The notes beneath the pieces are model-generated. The model was not told the origin of the DNA and did no database searches. It was given only the letters and a program-made list of their open reading frames with translations. A stretch of 64,000 nucleotides of DNA from Lepidodermella squamata (taxonomy: Eukaryota > Animalia > Gastrotricha): positions 1,426,001 through 1,490,000 of the forward strand of contig JBLDXI010000025.1 in the NCBI GenBank assembly GCA_047495785.1, written 5' to 3'. The translations under genes and the position numbers were made by a program. Each line of letters starts with the position of its first letter. The stretch's first letter is position 1. Shown here piece by piece: positions 58,160 to 64,000 of the stretch.

Positions 58160-58335
58160 AAATTAAAAATCTAAATGAAATTCAAAAAATTAGAACATTT
58201 TTTTATTAAATCGGTCAATTTTTAACGGTAATTATAGTAATTAAATGGAGTGGTGTTCAAATATTTTCTCGAGTAACTAAATATCTTTTCACGAGAGATT
58301 TTTCGTGATTTCTTTATTCTAACAATTCAATTTAC

Positions 58336-61273
58336 TCATGCAAATTTGTAAGTAATTGCGTGCGAATTATCACTTGAAGCCGCTTGGCCCTGGTGCGACA
58401 TTTGAACCACCGTGCCAATTGCCGCTAGACGTTGCAAACACAGATGAATCTCGTTCGGACTCGGCGTGAAAGTCAGTTCAGGGTGAGCTAGGACGTGCCT
58501 CAGCAAATCCATGCAGGTGAAGCCAATTTGGGGCGAAACATGCTCGCGAGCTCCGATAACCAATTTTTCGATCAAGGCGGCTCTGCCAATGGTCGGCTCG
58601 CCCGATCTCGAGTGGTCCAGATCCATTGAAGAGTCGAGATTTTGCGGCCTTGGCGTCGTCGGGGCTTGTTGGTTCTGCTGGTTTTGAGCCGATGAAGCCG
58701 AAGCGGCTAGGGTCAACAGCCGAATTTTCGGGTGTTTACTCGAAAAACCGAGATTCAACGTGAAAATCACGTCTTCGACGCCGGCATTCGGCGAATTCGA
58801 GCGGGGCAGTAGCAGTTTTTGGTCGGTTAAAATCGAGCAGACGCGGTTGAGTTCGTCGTGCGACAGACCGGTTGTTTCGGTTAGGTAAGATGCAGTTCGA
58901 GAATCTGCGTCAGAGAAGCACAGCAGAACGGCGACGTAAGCCATATTCGCGACCAGGGTGACTGGTTTCGGCTGCGGGTACAACAGACGAATTTCGGCGT
59001 AGGCGTAGCCGTTCAACCAGGTCAGCTTAGCACGCTCTTTTTTCTAAAAAAAAGAAAATTAATAAAAAATCAGAAATTATTTTTAGGAAATTTTTCGAAA
59101 ATTCGAAATCAGAAACAAAAATAATTCCAAAAACAATGAAAAATTAAATTATCAGAATATTAAAAAATCCCAAAAATTTCCTAAAATACCCTGAAATTCC
59201 CCAAAATTTCGCTAAAAATAGAAGAAAAATCTGGCTAATTGACTGAGCTACGATAAATAAACCGTGAATATTCCCGAAAAACTAGACCAATTTCAATAAT
59301 TTTCGGCTCAGAGAAAGCACCATACTTACGCTGATGAAAAATGAAGAAAATTCATCGATATGTCGCTGAAATTCACTGGGCAGCTTCAACGACGAAACCG
59401 GAGGCGGACCGAGAGGCCAGATATGCTGAGATAAAATCAACGCCGATAACTTAGAAGCGGCCGTTTTCGAGCTCGGCGTTCCGCTTTCCTGACCTGGAGG
59501 GACAGCGTACTCTTTCGAAAGCTGAACACTTCGTTCTACCTCGGCAATCGTTCGATTGAGGTAGACGCAGTACTCGGGCGAGCAAATATCAGCCATGCAA
59601 CGATGAACGGCCCGTTCGAGTTCGAGAGACGGCGATAGGCCGAAAACAAGCCGGCGAAATAGCAATTTCGCGTGGTATTTTTGATACAAAGTTTTCTCGG
59701 TTAAATACGTGAAAATTCCGATGAAACTATCGAGTCGTTTTTGAAATTCGGCATTCAAAGGATCGGTGGCCGAACTCTTTTTCAAAGCAATGTCGATGTA
59801 CCTAGCAGCGAAATCTTCCGGGCAAAGATTTTCGCCAGATAGCTTTGATAAAACATCTTCAGCAGCTCGAACTACGGCCCCGGCCAGTGATTCAGACATG
59901 CCATCGGCTGAAAATGTGTTTTCGACCGTCTTACGCAGTTGCATCAACTGGCCACCGAAATAGTTGACGAAAGACTCGGGCGAGCTTGCAACATCAGCCG
60001 GCCGGTTATCCAAGATAATTTTGCTAAGCCCTGAGATGTAATGAGCTAGCACTGAAATTGCCATTTTTCGCCCACTTGGTAGCACAGATACCATTGCGAA
60101 GAGGGAAGCAACCTCTGTGCAGAGTCCGCGCTGAGTGGCCTCATCGGCCAAGAATTTTTCAATTGATTCTTTGCGAGAACCACCGAAAAATAACTCCTCC
60201 ATCAGCGCTACAATTTCAGCAGCCAGAGACACGCTGAAAATCTGGTTGATTCGCTGATTTTCCGAAGCGACAAATCGCGACAGTTGCATCAAGTTCTTTC
60301 GGCACTGTTCCGGACTTGTTTGACCGGCTGATATGTCCAAATCACGTGATAAAACCGCAAATTCTTTCAACAGTTGTTGGTAGGCCATGACAAATGACCA
60401 AGCCGGTGATTCGCTCGACTTATTAGTCGAACTCATTGATCCTGAGTCGCTGGCTAATGTAGCTTTAATCGAAGACTGAACACCGAGAAGTGGCCCTAGC
60501 AGGTTAGCGGGGTTGATTAATGAAGCAACAGAAGATGGAGGAGAGGATCCAACAGCAGCGCTGGGTGGTTGCGGCTGCTGCAGAGCGGAAGCAACCTGAA
60601 GACCTCGAATAGCCGAGAACAAAGCGCCAGGTCGTTGGCTGAAAGTCAACGCCACATCAATAATAAGCTGGTCACTATCATCACTGTGCTCCATTTGATC
60701 AGGATCGCCTGATTTGATAATGCGTTCCCAGCTTTGCTTAATAGTTTCCATCAACACGCGTAGCAAACGTTGAGACATCGGTTTTACAATCACATTTTGC
60801 CAATACAAAACGCCGATGTCGTAAACAGACGATATTTCAGCGTCGCTTTGTATTTCGTCGCTATTGTTTGACAACGATGGCAAATACAAAGCAGATGGAA
60901 GCATTGAGCTGCTGCGATAAGGTTCGAACAGAAGGGTGCCAAAAACTTGAGAAATCTTCTCCAAATTGCCGCGGTAGGTCAACCAAGCTTTGCGGAACGA
61001 TGGCAGTAGCTGCGCGTCCTCGACCTCATTCAAGCGTTGAGCAAGCTTCCCGAGATAGTTTTTGAAGAAAGAGTAAAGCTTTTCGTGGATTTTGTCAAGC
61101 GAGTCGGTGTCAACGGAAGTCAACAGCTGGAAAACTTGAGAAAAGCACAAAAACCAGTCATCTTGGCTAATGGACTGGTCATCTAATATTCGTTCGAACT
61201 TCCAGGACAGCTCGTCCCAATGACGATCTACATCGCTCACGCGATTCCACGGCATTCTTGCCAGAAGAGACAT
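58336..61273 (-). CDS. Highly divergent cullin family protein (CUL2-like N-terminus). Exons 59330-61273, 58336-59043
   Basis: Cullin-homology motifs PEDFAARYIDIALKK, FTYLTEKTLYQKYHAKLLFRRL, ILSQHIWP, KLTWL and the C-terminal FTPS..IHLCLQRL...YKFA. Confidence 0.82.
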
Positions 61274-62165
61274 GTTCGTTCAATGTTTCACTAAAAAGTA
61301 CAGACAATTCCAATGTGTCACTGTGAGAGCAGATAGCAGATACTAGAGGGAAGAGGGAAGAGGGAATCTTTCAAGAACGACAAGCTTGAGATAACATGTG
61401 GACGAAGTTCAGAATTTTCTATTAACCTGTATATTCTAGAGACCTGTATATCTCAGCAAAGTAAAATCTGGGACTTGGGAAGACGTAGGACGTAAGAGGA
61501 AGTTGAACTCATCTCGATAATTGCGAACTCGGTCCCAAGAACGCCACCGGATAGCAAGGTCGTTTATTTATTTTTATTTAGAATGAGCAATATTAAGAAT
61601 TGAAGCTATTCAACAAATCATTCGGGAAAATTAATCCGGGAGCAAAAGTTGACCGTTATTTTTGCCACCGGTCTCTTTGGCTAGCCGGGGGACTTCTGTC
61701 TTTGGCTCATCGTCGGACCATAAGGGTTAGCGTGTAGCGTGGTCAAAAGCCGCCTTTGCTCGTCTTTGCTCGTTACACACGAGACAAGACGTCTTCCCCA
61801 CTCATTACCCGTTATTCCTCATGCTTGCTATGTGCAACTATTTATGTTAGCGGTTTTGTATACGGCGGTCCTTTTGATCCACTTAGTTAATCAGCAGCCG
61901 TTGACTTGAGCATTGTTGCCAGCAGCAAGCAGCTAACAGTCTGCAGTCTCCGCTTTCCTCTATCGAGTTAGCTTGATTATTTAAAATTTTCATCTGTAGC
62001 GTCTCACTAAACTGGAATCTGGGTTTTATGTCAACTAAAATTCGGTACGATCAAGACTTCCGATTTCCGATGGACTTTTCTCATTTAAAACATAGCTTGG
62101 TCATTCATCGTTTAGCTCTCGCATCTATGCTCATTGCTTATTCTCTGTGATAGGCTTAATTTAAA

Positions 62166-63881
62166 ATGGCAACGCGAGGTCGTCGGCCATTTGCCAACAA
62201 AGGCGCTTCGTCGAACACCCAAGAAAAATCTTTTCAAATGACTCTGACGCAAGCTCGAACCACTGGAACCCTCAATTTAGCTAATCGCGAGCTGCAGGCG
62301 ATCCCACCTATTTTCTTGGGTGACGAGTCTGCTTCAGGCGACGCATCTTTCGACGCCAATTCTCCTCGCTGGTGGGAAACCGTGGATATAAGAAAGGTTT
62401 TCATCCAGTGCAACAAGCTGACACAAATTCCACCTGAACTGTTTGCAAAACTAGTGTCTTCGCTGTCTGTTATCGATGCTTCTGACAACTTGCTGAAGGA
62501 ACTGCCTATAATTATCGGAGATTTAGAAAATCTGCAAACGCTGAACCTGAGCCATAATAAGTTGACACTGCTTCCCGAAACATTCGTCAATTTATTGAAT
62601 TTAGCTGATTTGAACATGACTCACAACGAATTGGGCGCCTTACCTCCGAAATGGAATAATCTATCGTCATTGGTCATACTTAATTTATCGCATAACAAAT
62701 TGTCGAAACTACCGGACAACTTCGGCCTATGCCCTAGTCTGACTTCACTCGATCTATCCAACAATCAGTTGAATAATTTACCGCCAAGTTTTGGCCGTTT
62801 GCAAAAGCTACAGAACCTTGACCTTTCTTTCAACAAGTTATCGGCTACGAGTGATTTCTCATCGTTGGTCAATCTGAAAGTGCTGAAATTGGATAACAAC
62901 TCCTTGACTTCGATGCCTGATATTAACAAATGCCGTCAATTGAAGGAATTATCCTTGTGCGATAACGCTTTAACGGCTTTTGCGGTGAAAGACCTCGAGT
63001 GTTTGAGGGCGATTACGATTCTCAACCTACGAGGCAATAAAATATCGGAGATTTCGGATGAAATTGCTTCGGCATTACATTCCATTGAAAGATTGGATTT
63101 GGCTAATAACAATTTATCCACTGTACCGCCTTATCTCGGCCTAATCGACAACCTAAAATGCATCGTCTTGGACGGAAATCCTTTACGGGCTTTACGACGC
63201 GATGTCGTGAATAGAGGCACTGTTTTTATCAAGCAATGGCTTGTTTCTCGACTACCCGAGGCAGTTTTAGCGGCCAAAGGTCAACAATCAGGATCAGGAC
63301 CGACAATACCTGAGAATTCGAAAGATCAGAACGTGAATAAATCTGGCGAAAAATTGGATTTATCAAACCGTGGCTCGGAAAATTTGGCGAATCTACTGAA
63401 TCAATCTAACGCTAATTGCAAGGAATTGATTTTGAGCAAAAACAAGCTTCAAAACTTGGATGGATCGATTTTCCAAAATTTTCGATCTCTTGTTTTCCTG
63501 GACGTTTCATGTAATATGCTGCGATCTTTGCCAGACGAATTGGCTGAATTGGCGAATTTACGTCAATTGAACATTTCTAATAACCGTTTTAGCGGACCGT
63601 TGCCGAAAGTTGTTTACAATTTCAAAAATTTGGAGGTTTTAATCGTGTCTGATAATTCGTTTGATACAATTGATACTAGTCAGCTGGTTCTTATGAGCCA
63701 GCTATCAGTTCTCGACATTCGGAACAACAATTTTTCACAATTGGCGCCGGAAATTGCCAACTGCCCGGCGTTGAAACACTTGGAAGTTACGGGCAATTGC
63801 TTCAAAGTGCCACGGCCTGAAATTATTCGAAAGGGCAGCTTGGCGATTCTCGAGTATTTACGCACAAAAATTGTCGCCTGA
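62166..63881 (+). CDS. LRRC40: Leucine-rich repeat-containing protein 40, intronless CDS
   Basis: ARTTGTLNLANREL, RWWE, GNPLRALRRDVVNRGT and the C-terminal FKVPRPEIIRKGSLAILEYLR are characteristic of LRRC40; about 19 LRRs. Confidence 0.88.
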   Translation: MATRGRRPFANKGASSNTQEKSFQMTLTQARTTGTLNLANRELQAIPPIFLGDESASGDASFDANSPRWWETVDIRKVFIQCNKLTQIPPELFAKLVSSLSVIDASDNLLKELPIIIGDLENLQTLNLSHNKLTLLPETFVNLLNLADLNMTHNELGALPPKWNNLSSLVILNLSHNKLSKLPDNFGLCPSLTSLDLSNNQLNNLPPSFGRLQKLQNLDLSFNKLSATSDFSSLVNLKVLKLDNNSLTSMPDINKCRQLKELSLCDNALTAFAVKDLECLRAITILNLRGNKISEISDEIASALHSIERLDLANNNLSTVPPYLGLIDNLKCIVLDGNPLRALRRDVVNRGTVFIKQWLVSRLPEAVLAAKGQQSGSGPTIPENSKDQNVNKSGEKLDLSNRGSENLANLLNQSNANCKELILSKNKLQNLDGSIFQNFRSLVFLDVSCNMLRSLPDELAELANLRQLNISNNRFSGPLPKVVYNFKNLEVLIVSDNSFDTIDTSQLVLMSQLSVLDIRNNNFSQLAPEIANCPALKHLEVTGNCFKVPRPEIIRKGSLAILEYLRTKIVA

Positions 63882-64000
63882 ACTTGAAATTTTAACTTGA
63901 TGTGACTATGGCTTCTTTCTCGTTATAGCATGTGATACAATTATTGAAAAATCAAACCTCGAATAAAGGAAATGTTGCTTTCAAAAACATTCTATTTTTT

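Overview
Gene-dense, AT-rich eukaryotic DNA, most likely from a compact invertebrate genome, with most introns 49-60 nt. It is not prokaryotic and I see no rRNA, tRNA or CRISPR. Gene order: NRF-6/acyltransferase-3 gene (-, runs off the left edge); DDAH (-) head-to-head with CBS (+); six tandem SLC35G/EamA transporter genes (+) interrupted by a CD225/dispanin-like gene; five tandem SLC20/PiT phosphate transporter genes (-) converging on that array; PLPP6-like lipid phosphatase (-); a seventh SLC35G (-); protein kinase N (+); LCMT1 (-); a divergent cullin (-); LRRC40 (+). Large introns and intergenic DNA carry MITEs and decayed DNA-transposon fragments. The most striking structure is in SLC35G copy 4, where the segment encoding the first membrane helices has been replaced almost length-for-length by a perfect 139-bp inverted copy of its own exon 2. 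This introduces a stop codon and makes the transcript a potential long hairpin RNA. Other notable points: two SLC20 paralogues with substitutions at conserved transport residues, a DDAH with Ser at the catalytic Cys position, a cullin lacking the neddylation lysine, and GATA/E-box clusters upstream of the transporter genes. All exon coordinates and alignments were made by eye.
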